64,000 nucleotides of DNA from an uncultured Chthonomonadaceae bacterium (GTDB lineage: Bacteria; Armatimonadota; Chthonomonadetes; Chthonomonadales; Chthonomonadaceae), in contig CAWIEK010000043.1 of the NCBI GenBank assembly GCA_963835065.1, positions 10,693 through 74,692 on the forward strand, in the 5' to 3' direction. The position numbers were made by a program, and so were the translations under genes. How positions within the stretch are numbered: position 1 is the first letter of the stretch; the number at the start of each line of letters is the position of its first letter. The notes beneath the pieces were generated by a model. That model was not told where the DNA came from. It ran no database searches and saw only the letters and a list, made by a program, of their open reading frames with translations. Shown in pieces: positions 30,262 through 42,432 of this stretch.

Positions 30262-30388
30262 GCGGCATGAAGCCGCGTTTGTCAACCACATACGCACTTA
30301 CAGTCTTCGGCATTGACGCCCGGACTGATGTGGCGCTGTTGCCACGCTCCACCTCCTAATTCCAAATCGCACACCGACAACGACGCCG
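30262..30388 (+). promoter_or_regulatory. Candidate ANTAR target hairpins
   Basis: ggc-ATTGAC-gcc (30309-30320) and gtggc-GCTGTT-gccac (30330-30345) tandem hexaloops with G4; cgac-AACGAC-gccg (30375-30388). Confidence 0.45.
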
Positions 30389-30451
30389 TTGCCCCTGCCT
30401 TCTTTCGTCCGATCTCGCCAGCGACCGGAAGCCTTTCCGAACGCCTGCTAA

Positions 30452-30497
30452 ATAGTTGATAGTTGATAGTTGGTAGTTGATACGGATGCAGAAACTA
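30452..30497. repeat. Heptamer repeat TAGTTGA
   Basis: (tagttga)x4 with a short aactat counter-arm. Confidence 0.8.
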
Positions 30498-30726
30498 TGA
30501 ACTTTCAGCCCTCTGCCGCTTAGTCAGCATCCTTTTTGTAGCTGTTGGCGCTCTCTTTTCTGGTTGGCATCATCCTTTCCGTCCGTGAAATGCCTGTTCG
30601 TTCTTAGCTTTGGTAAGGCCGTTCACACTCAATAGAGCCTGACCGCTCTTTCATCAATCCAAGGCTGCGCAAGTTATTCGGCGCTTTCGCGCCATCAGCC
30701 GCTCACTTTTTGGAGGACAACCCCAC

Positions 30727-32346
30727 GTGAATCAGTTCACCTGGCAGTACCGTTTGCACACGCGCGCTTCGCGGCGTTCCATCTCCCGCCGCTTGCTTTC
30801 CACTTTGCAGGCTCCCGCCGCCGGCTTTGCCGCGCTGCGCCCCCTGCTCACGCTTTCGCTGTTGTCCTGCGCCCTGCTGTCCGGCGCGGCCCTGACCGTC
30901 CGCGCCGAAGATGCGCCCAAATCAGACAAGGCGGAGGAGGGAACAGGGAACAGGGAACAGGGAACAGGGAAGAAGGAGAAAGGGATAAGTGATAAGGGAA
31001 AAGGGGTAAGTGACACCTCAACACTCGACACCCAACACCCAACACCCAACACCCTGATTGCCCGCGCGCAGGACGCTCCGGCTCCCACCGCGCCGCAGAA
31101 CAACCCGCCACAGACGAGTACGCCGCCGCAGAAACCCGCCGAAGGCCAGCCTGCCGCGCCCGCGCCGGCCACGCCTGCTTCGCCTGCGCCGGGAACCGTC
31201 ACGTACTCCGGGCTGATTGACGTGTACTTCGGCATCAATGCCCGCGCCCCCTACAGCAACGGTCCTTCGCCCTTCGGCGGCCATGCCTTTACCGGGCTGA
31301 TCTTCCCCAACGGCGAACGCTTCGGCATTGACAACGTGGGACGCTCCTTCGATGTCAATGACCGCGATCCCAGTTTCAGCCTGGGCGAGTTCAACATCAG
31401 CCGCACGGAAGGCAAGGGCTTTCCGCTCGGCGTCACGGCCACGCTCACGACGGGCGACACGGCTCGCCTCGTGCATGCGACGGAACCCGGCGGCACGAGC
31501 AGTTGGCAGAACTTGCAGCAGTTGTACCTGACCAAGACCATCCACGCGGGAGGGCGCGACATTGCCCTAGACGGCGGCATCTTCGTGACGCCGCTGGGCC
31601 TGGAAGTGATCGAAAGCACCAGCAACGACAACTACTCGCGCAGCTTCGGCTTCCAGTACGCGGTTCCGTTCTACCATGCGGGCTTTCGCGCCACTCTGCC
31701 CCTGTCGTCCAAATTGACGCTGTTGGGCGCGATTGTCAATGGCTGGAACAACATCGCCGATGATGGGGACGGCAAAACCGGCATTGGACAACTGACGTGG
31801 AAGCCGACAGGCACGTTCACGGGCATCCTGGGCTTCATCGGCGGCACGGAAGGCACAGGCGCGTATGGTCCCATCCTCGCTCCCAAGAACCAGGCGGGCA
31901 TCAACACCTACGTGTACGAGGCGCAGGGCATTTATCAGGCCACTCCCGCCCTCAAACTCTCCGGCATCGTGGATTATGGAACCGGGTCCGGGCACACGCT
32001 CGTGACTCTTCAAACGGGGGGAACCGCAAGCGGTACGGTACAGCAGCATGTTTCCGGGACATGGCTCGGTTTGGGCGGTTATGCGCGCTACCAGATCAAC
32101 TCGAAACTGGCGCTTGCCGGACGCATCGAGCAGTTTGAGGACAACGGGGGGCTGCGTACAGGACTCGCGGGCTACAACCGCCTGCGCGAAGGAACCGTGA
32201 CGCTGGAGTACGCTTTCCTGCGCGGGCATCTCATCTCGCGCCTGGAATACCGCCACGACGCTTCCAACCAATCGTTCTTCGGGGCGGGCTTCGGCACGGC
32301 CCGCGACCAAGACACCATCTACGGCAGCGCGGCTTACAAATTCTGA
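30727..32346 (+). CDS. Outer-membrane beta-barrel protein (putative porin)
   Basis: Signal peptide, GLEVIES..NDNYSRS, PFYHAG, VNGWNN, RLEYRHD, terminal YKF. Confidence 0.85.
   Translation: MNQFTWQYRLHTRASRRSISRRLLSTLQAPAAGFAALRPLLTLSLLSCALLSGAALTVRAEDAPKSDKAEEGTGNREQGTGKKEKGISDKGKGVSDTSTLDTQHPTPNTLIARAQDAPAPTAPQNNPPQTSTPPQKPAEGQPAAPAPATPASPAPGTVTYSGLIDVYFGINARAPYSNGPSPFGGHAFTGLIFPNGERFGIDNVGRSFDVNDRDPSFSLGEFNISRTEGKGFPLGVTATLTTGDTARLVHATEPGGTSSWQNLQQLYLTKTIHAGGRDIALDGGIFVTPLGLEVIESTSNDNYSRSFGFQYAVPFYHAGFRATLPLSSKLTLLGAIVNGWNNIADDGDGKTGIGQLTWKPTGTFTGILGFIGGTEGTGAYGPILAPKNQAGINTYVYEAQGIYQATPALKLSGIVDYGTGSGHTLVTLQTGGTASGTVQQHVSGTWLGLGGYARYQINSKLALAGRIEQFEDNGGLRTGLAGYNRLREGTVTLEYAFLRGHLISRLEYRHDASNQSFFGAGFGTARDQDTIYGSAAYKF
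30939..31053 (+). repeat. In-frame heptamer cassette in porin N-terminus
   Basis: Encodes GTGNREQGTG...ISDKGKG...TQHPTPNT. Confidence 0.9.
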
Positions 32347-32348
32347 GG

Positions 32349-32438
32349 AGGCATTAGGCATCAGGCATTAGGCATTAGGACAATGCCGATGTTTAGCAAG
32401 ACATTCCCTAATATCTAATGCCTAATGCCTAATGCCTC
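32349..32438. repeat. Heptamer repeat hairpin (GGCATTA/TAATGCC)
   Basis: (ggcatta)x4...(taatgcc)x3. Confidence 0.9.
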
Positions 32439-32481
32439 CCCTGCTCTTCGCTTCGGCACTTTTGAAGGGAGAAACGCAATC

Positions 32482-34144
32482 GTGAGATTTATGAGAAAAT
32501 CAACCGCAGCCTCGGCAGACGGTTCGGAAAAATTGTCGCGCGGGCGCAAGTTTGCAAGACTTGGCGAGCGTATGCGCCAGCCCGAATGGCGGCGCTACGC
32601 TTATCTGGTGATGCTGGGCAAAGTGACCTCCATCGCCATTCTGTTCGCGTGTTTCGCGCTGTTCACCGCTTTCCGGGGCGGCGCAGCCCATGCCGACGAC
32701 CCGGTTCTCAAGGGCAACGACATCGTTAGCCCCATCAATACGGTCTGGGTGCTGCTGGCCGCGTTCCTGGTCTTCGGGATGCAGGTCGGGTTTACGATGC
32801 TGGAAGCCGGGTTCTGCCGTTCGCGCGAAACCGTCAACGTGCTGATGGAATGTATCGTTGACACCTGTTTATGCGGCATTTTGTTCTGGGCGTTCGGCTT
32901 CGCGTTCATGTTCGGGCACGGCAACGGCTGGATCGGCAGCGGCGACGGCACGGCTCACACCTGGTTCTTCCTGAATAACGCGCCCGCAACCTACGAAACC
33001 TCGCAGGTCTCGTTCCTGGCGTTCTGGCTGTTCCAGTTCGCGTTTGCCGACACCTGCTCCACAATCACTTCGGGAGCCATGATCGGGCGTACCGGCTGGA
33101 TCGGCGACCTGCTGTACAGCGTGGGCGTGTCCGGTTTCATCTATCCGATCATCGGCCACTGGGCGTGGGGGCCGGACGGCTGGCTGAACACGATGGGCAG
33201 TGAAGGCAAAATGCTGCCCTGGGTCGGCACCAGTTTCCACGATTTCGCCGGTTCTACGGTTGTGCATACCATTGGCGGCTTTATCGCCCTGGCGGGTTCC
33301 ATTGTGCTTGGCCCGCGCCTGGGACGGCGCTTCAAGCGCGACGGCGGCGGCCCGATGCTGCCGCATGACCTGGTTATCGCGGCAGTGGGCGGTTTGATCC
33401 TGTGGTTCGGCTGGTACGGCTTTAATCCGGGCAGTACCCTTTCGGCAATGGACTTTCAGGGTATCGGGCGGGTTGCCACGAACACCACGCTGGCCGCGTG
33501 TTCCGCCGGGCTTGCGGCGATGTTCTACGCTTATCCCCAAACCAAGAAGTGGGATTTGGGCTTTACCGTCAACGGCTTCCTGGCCGGCCTTGTCGCTATC
33601 ACCTGCCCCTGCTACTGGGTCACGCCCACCGGCGCGGTCATTTTGGGAGCGGTCGCGGGCGTGATCGTGGTCATGGGCGTCAATCTGCTGGAATATCTGC
33701 GCATTGATGATCCCATCGGCGCGGTTCCCGTGCATGGCTTTGCGGGTATCTGGGGAACGCTTTCGCTTGGCCTGTTCGCCAGCGGGTCAGTTCGGCGCGT
33801 CCGGCGCGACCGGCCCGGACAACACCGCCCCCTCGGTACTCACAGGGCTGTTCTATCACGGCGGCACAACCGTGTTGAAAGCGCAGTTCATCGGCAGCGC
33901 GACCATTACCATCTGCACCTTTGTCGTAGCGATGATCCTGATGCTGGCGGTAAAAGCGACCGGGCTGCTGCGCGTGTCCCGCGAGGGCGAACTGGAAGGA
34001 CTGGATATCCACGAACATGGCATCCCGGCCTATCCTGAGTTTGCGATTGTGGACGCCGCAACCGCGCACGGAGCCGTCCCGCATGATGGCGGGTTGTCTT
34101 CCGTCAGCGCCTCGCAAACCGGTCCCCGCGTGGACTCATTGTAA
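32482..34144 (+). CDS. amtB: Ammonium transporter (apparent frameshift near 33788)
   Basis: MQVGFTMLEAG, FQFAFA, DFAGSTVVH, LWFGWYGFN, DDPIGAVPVH, EGLDIHEHG. Confidence 0.95.
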
Positions 34145-34147
34145 GGC

Positions 34148-34188
34148 ACTCACCCCAACCCCTCTCCCAAAAAGCCTGGGAGAGGGGC
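34148..34188. repeat. REP-like palindrome CCCCTCTCCC...GGGAGAGGGG
   Basis: cccctctccca-aaaagcc-tgggagagggg. Confidence 0.7.
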
Positions 34189-34291
34189 TAATCCTAAATA
34201 ACGTTGGAAGCCCCGGCCAAAGATCAATCGAACGATCCACAGCGGTCCACGCCGGGCGCTAACGACTGCGGATAGGGCCGCGTACTGGTAA

Positions 34292-34663
<372 letters not shown>

Positions 34664-34992
34664 CGCGCAACGCGCTTGCATCCCGTTTTGCGCTGAAGTT
34701 GCCGCATTGCAGTCCCGCCTTTTGAGGAACTCTCAAAGGGCGGGACTTGTATTTGTTATAGGCGTTGAGGAACAATGCGTCGGCTGCTCGGGGGACGAAA
34801 AGATACCGTCGTAAAGCGTCTACAGCGCAAGGCTGGCAATTTTATTGCAAATCTGGAACTCTTTTGCCACTATTTTCTGATATAAGCCGAATTCGCTTGC
34901 ATTGCGCCTGCGACAAGGTATGATATTCTATCTAAGTGCCATTTTCTTCCATTTTTAGGGCGTATTCGTCTTAACGCAGGAGTTGATGAATC

Positions 34993-37403
34993 ATGCTTGA
35001 AACGCCTCCCTCACAATCAGAACCAACACGAGCGTCCCTTCGGGAACAGGAGCTTTCCCCCCTGGCTCCCGCCCCGCTGCAAACGACTTCGCTGGGCAAA
35101 TCCGTGCGCAAAATGCTGTTCGGCAACCCGATTTCCAGCGAACATGCCGAACACACATTGCTGTCGAAACTTATCGCTTTGCCCGTTTTCGCGTCCGACG
35201 CTATTTCCTCTACGGCGTATGCCACGCAGGAGATTATCTTAGCGCTGGGCGCGGCAGGATTGTGGCTCCACGCGCATGAAGGAGCCTACACCAACTTCAC
35301 GATGCTGATCGCAAGCCTGATTGTCGGCTTGCTCGTGATCGTTGTCACCTCCTACTGGCAGACCATCCACGCTTACCCCAGTGGCGGCGGCTCCTACATT
35401 GTTTCCAAAGAAAATCTGGGCGCGAATTACGGTCTGATTGCAGCGGGCGCATTCTCATAGATTACGTGCTGACCGTATCGGTGTCCATTGCCGCCGGGGT
35501 ACAGAACCTGGCAGGTATTCCGTTTGTGGAACACTATCTTATGCCGGACAGGCATCTCGTTCTGTACTGCATCCTCTTTATTGCGCTGCTGACATTGGCA
35601 AACCTGCGCGGGCTGAAAGAATCGGGGTCGCTGTTCGCCATTCCCACGTATTTGTTTGTCGCCATGTGCTACATTATGATTGGCGTCGGCGCGTTTCAGG
35701 TGTTCGGTTGGTTCGGGATGCATGCGCATACGGAAGAGATACAGCGGATTTACAACAATCACTTGCAGGAGACGGGGGCAGCGGCAGCGAAAGCCGCGCA
35801 GACGTTCGGCGGGCTGGTGCTGCTGAAAGCCTTTGCCAACGGCTGCGCCGCCATGACCGGAACCGAAGCGGTCAGCAACGGCATTCCCGCCTTTCAGGAA
35901 CCCAAGTCCCGCAACGCGCAAATGACCCTGCTGGCGATGGGCGTGATTTTGGGAAGCCTGTTCATCGGTATTTCCTGGCTGGCGACGCAATTGCACGTCG
36001 TCTACTGAACCGATGGCGCAAACCCCGCGCCCGCCGTTATTGACCAGATTTCCGGCGCGGTTTTCGGCAAAGACCGGAAGTGGGCAGCATGTTACTACCT
36101 GCTGACGCAGTTTTTCACCGCCGCCATTCTGGTGCTTGCCGCCAACACAAGCTACGCGGACTTTCCGCGCCTGGCCTCCATTCTGGCGCGTGACCGCTAC
36201 ATGCCCAAGCAGTTTTCCAACCTGGGCGACAAACTGGTGTTCAACAACGGCATCATGCTGCTTGGCGTGTTTGCCGCCGTGCTGATTGTCGTGAAAAAAG
36301 GCGAAGTGGACGCGCTGATCCCGCTGTACGCGACCGGCGTTTTCACCGCCTTTACGCTGTCGCAGAGCGGGCATGGTCGAGCACTGGCTGGATTGCGGCA
36401 CCGGGGCTGGCAGACAAAGGCGGTTATCAACGGCGTCGGCGCGACGGCAACCCTGATCGTGCTGATGACCATTGTGTACGAAAAGTTTACGGACGGCGCG
36501 TGGATCATCGTTTTCCTGATTGCGCTGCTGTTTATGATGTTCAAGCAAAATCCACAGCCACTACCTGGATGTGGCGCAGCAGCTCAAACTCGCCAACTAT
36601 GAAGCGCCGGTCACGCCGCTCAAAAACACGGTTCTGGTGCTGATTCCCACGCTGCACCGGGGCGTGATGCCCGCGCTGGAGTACGCGCGTTCGCTGTCTT
36701 CGGACTGCCGCGCCGTCCACATCTGCACCGACCCGGAGCGCATCCCGCAACTGCGCGAACGCTGGGAGCAGTGGGGGCATGACGTGCCGCTCGTCATTCT
36801 AAATTCGCCGTACCGTTCGCTGCTCGGCCCGATCATGCGCTATTTGGACGCGGTTCAGCACGAGCGGCGCAACCATACGGTTACGGTTGTCGTGCCGGAA
36901 TTCGTGCCGTTCCGGTGGTGGCATCAACTGCTGCACGGACAATCCGGCCTGCGGCTGAAATTGGCCTTGCTCAGTCGGCGCGATGTGGTGGTGGCAAACG
37001 TGCGCTACTATCTGCAACATTCGGGAACGCCGCCGCCCTCCGACGCGCTTGCCGAAGAGGACGCGGGGCTGCTTGGCGCAGGCGGGCAGCACGGACACCA
37101 CGCGCCCGGCAGACCTTGCCGACTCCATTGCGCAGCATCGCGATGGAAACGCCGAACCTGGGCAGCGCGCAGGAGTTGGCGCTTGCCGGCGACAGCGGGA
37201 TGGATGCGCCGAACGCCCAAAACAGCGAAGAAGCCGCCGCTTACAACGGCCAAACCGCGCCCCCATCCGGCACATTGGAAGAACAAAGCGCGTACCTGCA
37301 GGGCTTGAACAATCCGCCCGTGCAGCGCTGGAATAGCCATTCGAGTAACAACGATGGCGGCAAAACCGACGACAACAAAACCGATGGCAATGGAACCATG
37401 TGA
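34993..37403 (+). CDS. APC-family permease (YdaO/KimA-like), broken by frameshifts and an in-frame TGA at 36006
   Basis: ASDAISSTAY, YPSGGGSY, NLRGLKES, TGTEAVSN, DFPRL, SPYRS, WWHQLLH. Confidence 0.85.
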
Positions 37404-37470
37404 ACCGCCAAAGCCACCGGCAAGAATGGAACTGGAAAATGAAACGTAGACTAATTGCAGGAGTTTGTGG

Positions 37471-38271
37471 ATGATTATCGAAACGCGCGGGGATGTGGTG
37501 CGGCTGTCGGGTTCGCTGCATAAAAATCAGTGGATGTCCATTCGCGCCGCCGTCAACCTGCTGCTGCACGATTTTCCACAGGGCATCATTGTGGACTGCT
37601 CCGGCTTGCAGGACATTTCCGAAGACGGCGCGAAAACGTTTTTGGAAGCCATACGCGATATCGAATCGGCCCATGCCCGCATCATCGTTGTCAGCCTGCC
37701 GCAGAAGGTGTTGAGCGTCATCAAAACCGTGCCGGGGGTGCGTTCCCAACTGCCCATTGCGGCTTCGATAGAGGAAGCGCGTTCGTCCCTGCAAATACAC
37801 AAGCGCCCCACTGCCGCCACAGCCGCCGGGGATATGGTGAAGGGCGGGCAGATCATCGTTGTGCCTTTAATGGCGGATGTAGACCTGAGTTACGGCGCGG
37901 ATTTGGCCGCCCGCATTGCCCGCGTCTCACGCGGCGAAGTGCGCCTCGTGTATCTATTGGAAGTGACGCGCACCCTGCCTCTGAACGCGCCGCTTATGGA
38001 GCAGGAGCAGGCGGCGGAAACCGCGCTTGGCGTGGCAGCGCAGCTTTCGCAGCGCAATGGCACCATCGCGCAGCAGCACGTCGAGCGCGTCCGGGACGCC
38101 GTAGATGGAGCCATTGCCGCCATCAAAACTTACGGAGCCAGCATGATCGTCGTGGGCGCGTCCAAACACGCCATGGATCACGGCGACCATGACCGCTTCG
38201 ACGCCCTCGTCGAAACCCTGCTCCACCGCGCGCCCTGCGAAGTGATTGTGGGACGATTAAGTCGAGAGTAG
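37471..38271 (+). CDS. STAS-domain / universal stress protein fusion
   Basis: IIVDCSGL..IS..G (STAS), C-terminal LLHRAPCEVIV (USP). Confidence 0.8.
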   Translation: MIIETRGDVVRLSGSLHKNQWMSIRAAVNLLLHDFPQGIIVDCSGLQDISEDGAKTFLEAIRDIESAHARIIVVSLPQKVLSVIKTVPGVRSQLPIAASIEEARSSLQIHKRPTAATAAGDMVKGGQIIVVPLMADVDLSYGADLAARIARVSRGEVRLVYLLEVTRTLPLNAPLMEQEQAAETALGVAAQLSQRNGTIAQQHVERVRDAVDGAIAAIKTYGASMIVVGASKHAMDHGDHDRFDALVETLLHRAPCEVIVGRLSRE

Positions 38272-38391
38272 GGGTCAGGATTCAGGGGTCAGGGGTCAGG
38301 AACGCCCTCTCTTAACCTAATGATTTGTGCAGGAGCCAGCACAAAAGAAATGAGCCTTTCCTGACCCCTGACCCCTGAATCCTGACCCCTA
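38269..38391. repeat. Heptamer repeat hairpin (GGGGTCA/TGACCCC)
   Basis: taggggtcaggattcaggggtcaggggtcaggaa...ttcctgacccctgacccctgaatcctgaccccta. Confidence 0.95.
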
Positions 38392-38402
38392 TGGAGTGTG
38401 CT

Positions 38403-39248
38403 ATGTCCTATTTCCCCCCCGATTGTGAAGAAACGGTACGCGCCGCGCTGCGGGAAGATATCGGCACGGGTGACGTGACCACGCTGTTTACCGTTCCTGC
38501 CGACGCGCAGGCGCAGGCGCGCATGATCGCCAAAGCGCCGGGTATTATTGCCGGCCTGCCGGTTGTCGAGGCCGTATTGCGTCAGGTTGATCCGACTTTA
38601 CGCGGCGTTCGGAGCGTAGAGGAAGGGGCGCGCGTTCTGGCCGGGGAAACTGTTTTTACCATTGAAGGGGCGGCACAAAGCATTTTGACTGCGGAGCGGG
38701 TCGCTCTCAATTTCGCGCAGCGCTTGTCCGGCATTGCGACCAAAACGGCGCGGTTTGTGGAACTTGTCATTGGCACGCGGGCGCGGATTGTGGATACGCG
38801 CAAAACGACGCCCGGACTGCGCGCGCTGGAAAAATACGCTGTGCGCGTGGGCGGCGGCTACAACCATCGCTTCGGCCTGTACGACGCCATTCTTATCAAA
38901 GACAACCATATCGCGGCCAGTGGCGGCATTGCGCAGGCTGTGCAGAACGCTTATGCCAGCGCCCCGCATACCATGACCGTCACGGTCGAATGTGACACGC
39001 TTGCGCAGGTGCAGGAAGCCCTGGAAGCGGAAGCCGACATTCTGCTGCTCGACAACATGAGCCTGGAACAACTGCGACAGGCCATCGAACTCATCGGCGA
39101 GCAGGCGGCTACGGAAGCCAGTGGCGGCGTGAACGAGGATACGGTTGCCGCCATCGCTCAAACAGGCGTAGACATCATCTCCGTCGGCGCGCTCACCCAT
39201 TCGGCGGTGGCGCTGGATATTAGTTTGGAAGTAGTCAGTAGTCAGTAG
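38403..39248 (+). CDS. nadC: Nicotinate-nucleotide diphosphorylase (carboxylating)
   Basis: DTRKTTPGLR, NHRFGL, LIKDNH, LLLDNM, EASGGV, SVGALTH. Confidence 0.97.
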   Translation: MSYFPPDCEETVRAALREDIGTGDVTTLFTVPADAQAQARMIAKAPGIIAGLPVVEAVLRQVDPTLRGVRSVEEGARVLAGETVFTIEGAAQSILTAERVALNFAQRLSGIATKTARFVELVIGTRARIVDTRKTTPGLRALEKYAVRVGGGYNHRFGLYDAILIKDNHIAASGGIAQAVQNAYASAPHTMTVTVECDTLAQVQEALEAEADILLLDNMSLEQLRQAIELIGEQAATEASGGVNEDTVAAIAQTGVDIISVGALTHSAVALDISLEVVSSQ

Positions 39249-39364
39249 TCAGTAGTCAGTAGAAATGCCCGTTTACTCAAAGCTTTGCGTCACGACAAAG
39301 GCTTGCAAGAGCGGGTTCTTCTACTGACTACTGACTACTGACTACTGACTACTGACTACTGACT
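39231..39364. repeat. Heptamer repeat hairpin (GTAGTCA/TGACTAC)
   Basis: (gtagtca)x4...(ctactga)x6; contains the nadC stop and abuts the birA ATG. Confidence 0.95.
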
Positions 39365-39365
39365 T

Positions 39366-40340
<975 letters not shown>

Positions 40341-40474
40341 TGTTCGGAATAAATTTTACATACAAAGATATTATCAAATAGACATAATTTCTTATAGTCG
40401 TGACAAGAATACTTGACAATGCGGGGTTTGTTGTGATATTGTTGTTGGAACAAGAAAAATTTCAGAATTCGCCC

Positions 40475-40502
40475 TACAGAACGTGTTGGATTCTGCCGAT
40501 GA
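40475..40502 (+). promoter_or_regulatory. Sigma28-type promoter TACA-N16-GCCGATGA
   Basis: Near-consensus FliA/SigD boxes upstream of flgM. Confidence 0.7.
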
Positions 40503-40516
40503 TACTTGTGTGTGAT

Positions 40517-40645
40517 GAGGTACAGGTAAATCCATAGAAATGTGGAGACACAAAGCCATGGGCCTAAGAGGAGATTATGCAGCGACGCGCTTTAGCGCCC
40601 GCTGCGATGCCGCAGACTCCAGATGGTCGCCAGGTTGCCGTACTC
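40517..40645 (+). ncRNA. c-di-GMP-I (GEMM) riboswitch with extended P3
   Basis: GGTAAA-TCCATA-GAAA-TGTGGA-GACACAAAGCCATGGGCCTAAG...ATGGTCGCCAGGTTGCC, flanked by gaggtac/gtactc. Confidence 0.85.
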
Positions 40646-40694
40646 GACGTAAACCAATACCTTTGTATTGTTTTTATGACCGGGAGGCAAAACA

Positions 40695-41006
40695 ATGAAA
40701 ATCTCGAATGAAGAAGTAAGCCGTTTGTTTTCCGTTTCTGCGCGTGAGCGCTCCGCTGCAAATCTGGCGGCTTCCACCGGGTCGGGTCGGGACATTCAGG
40801 GTCGTCAGGCGGCTCAGGTGAATGTTTCGGCAACGGCGCAGGAAATCGTGAAAGTCAAGAAGCTGATCAGCGAACTCCCGGATGTGCGCGAATCGCGCGT
40901 CCAAGCGCTGAAAGCCCAGGTTGAGAGCGGCACGTATAATGTAAGCGGCGAGGACATTGCGGACTTAATCATCCGCCGCACTCTCGCAGACAACACCGCG
41001 CTGTAA
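40695..41006 (+). CDS. flgM: Flagellar anti-sigma-28 factor
   Basis: PDVRESRVQALKAQVESGTYNVSGEDIADLI; GGGAGG SD. Confidence 0.93.
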   Translation: MKISNEEVSRLFSVSARERSAANLAASTGSGRDIQGRQAAQVNVSATAQEIVKVKKLISELPDVRESRVQALKAQVESGTYNVSGEDIADLIIRRTLADNTAL

Positions 41007-41007
41007 A

Positions 41008-41063
41008 GCGTTGAGCGTTGAGCATAGCGTTGAGCATTCAGACCAATTCTGATGCTCAACGCT
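41008..41063. repeat. Heptamer repeat hairpin (GCGTTGA) after flgM
   Basis: gcgttgagcgttgagc...agcgttgagcat...atgctcaacgct. Confidence 0.7.
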
Positions 41064-41194
41064 TTGTGCTTCATATCTTTCGCTCTGCTTCGCCTATTCC
41101 ACAAGTTGTTCCCTAGTTGTTTCACCTATGGATGCTGAAAATGCAATTTTGCATTTTCAGCATTTTCCGTTTGGTATCGTGTATACTTTATCCT

Positions 41195-41884
41195 ATGAGA
41201 ATCGTTACTTACAACACGCGCGGCAGTTTGGGCATGGACGGCCTGCGCTCCACGCGCCGTATCGCCCATGTTGTTCGCGGCCTGTCCCCGGACATTGTAT
41301 GCTTTCAGGAAATCCATCAGCGCACGCCGCAAAGCGGGGGCGAAGATCAGCCCGGCGCGTTGTCGCGCGGCTTGATGCGCCCGGTGCTGTTTCAGCGCAA
41401 CCTTCGTATCGGCATGGGCGCGTATGGCATTGCCATCGCCGCGCGTGGCACGATTATAAACGCAAAGGAACACGTGCTGCCGAGCCTGCGCGAACAGCGC
41501 GGCGCGTTGGAAGTGCAATTGCGCGACCTGCCGGGTATCGGGCGCTTGACGGTATTCTGTACCCACTGGGGCTTGGACGGCGAGGAGCGGCAAAAGCAGG
41601 CTGAGGCGCTGGTTCCTCTCATTCAGGAAGCGCGGCGTCCGATTGTCTTTTGCGGCGACTTGAACGAGGGACCGGAGGCGGCGGGCATCAAACTGCTTTT
41701 AGAGCAAACCGGTTTGCAGGATGCGGATGCGCAACAAAACAGGGCGACATTTGTATCCGACAATCCGCAACACCGCATTGACTACATCCTCTTTTCGCCG
41801 GATTTAACCTTGCGCTACTTTGAAGTTGTAAACAGCCTTGCTTCCGATCATTGCCCACTCGCCGCCGACCTTGAACGCGCTTAA
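41195..41884 (+). CDS. Endonuclease/exonuclease/phosphatase family protein
   Basis: IVTYN, FQEI, THWG, GDLNE, RIDYI, SDHCPL. Confidence 0.93.
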   Translation: MRIVTYNTRGSLGMDGLRSTRRIAHVVRGLSPDIVCFQEIHQRTPQSGGEDQPGALSRGLMRPVLFQRNLRIGMGAYGIAIAARGTIINAKEHVLPSLREQRGALEVQLRDLPGIGRLTVFCTHWGLDGEERQKQAEALVPLIQEARRPIVFCGDLNEGPEAAGIKLLLEQTGLQDADAQQNRATFVSDNPQHRIDYILFSPDLTLRYFEVVNSLASDHCPLAADLERA

Positions 41885-41928
41885 ACGCGCCAAATTGTTC
41901 TACGGTCAACAATTTGGCGCGAAACGCG

Positions 41929-42430
41929 CTACCGGATGAAAGCGGCTTCCTGAAACTTCCAGGCGTCCAGCGCGTTCATGCGGCTGTCGGGGATCAGGTT
42001 GATGGTGTCCAGTTCGTTCTCGCCAACCCACCGAAACCCTTCCGACTCTGCGCTTGGCTTCAACGCGCCCCCTGTTACTCTTGCCTCGAAACAGATCACG
42101 AAGCTGCGGTGTACGTTGCCATCCGGGATAATGAACTACGCTGCGCGGATTGGTGTTTATGGAGACAAGGCGTACAATCTCCGTTTCAAATCCCGTTTCT
42201 TCCAGCGTTTCGCGGATGCAGCACTCCTGCGCCAATTCGTGCATTTCCATGCGGCCACCCGGCAGACACCAATGATCGCTGCGCGAACGCTTCATAAATA
42301 AAACGCGATCCGCACTGTCGAAAATCACGGCGGAAACGCCCGGATGCAGGGGTTTGTTGGGAGCGGGGCAGTCGGCATCGTCGTAGTAGAAACGCTCTAC
42401 AGGGGGAAATACGCGAATTTCGTCAGGCAT
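41929..42430 (-). CDS. NUDIX hydrolase (apparent frameshift near 42120)
   Basis: LPGGRME...RETLEETG Nudix box. Confidence 0.85.
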
Positions 42431-42432
42431 GG

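Noticed and set aside
30236..30276. Purine-riboswitch-like GTATCTACC...CCGT
   Set aside because: The P1, P2 and P3 pairings and the TATA/ATATGG elements are missing.
34834..34849. Sigma54-like TGGCAA-N5-TTGCA upstream of the APC permease
   Set aside because: One mismatch, lies in a palindrome, no activator nearby, and an extended -10 (TGATATTCT) lies closer to the gene.
41090..41135. Possible DnaA box or parS site near parAB
   Set aside because: Only partial matches (tattccaca, tgtttcacc); no full parS palindrome, box cluster or dnaA.
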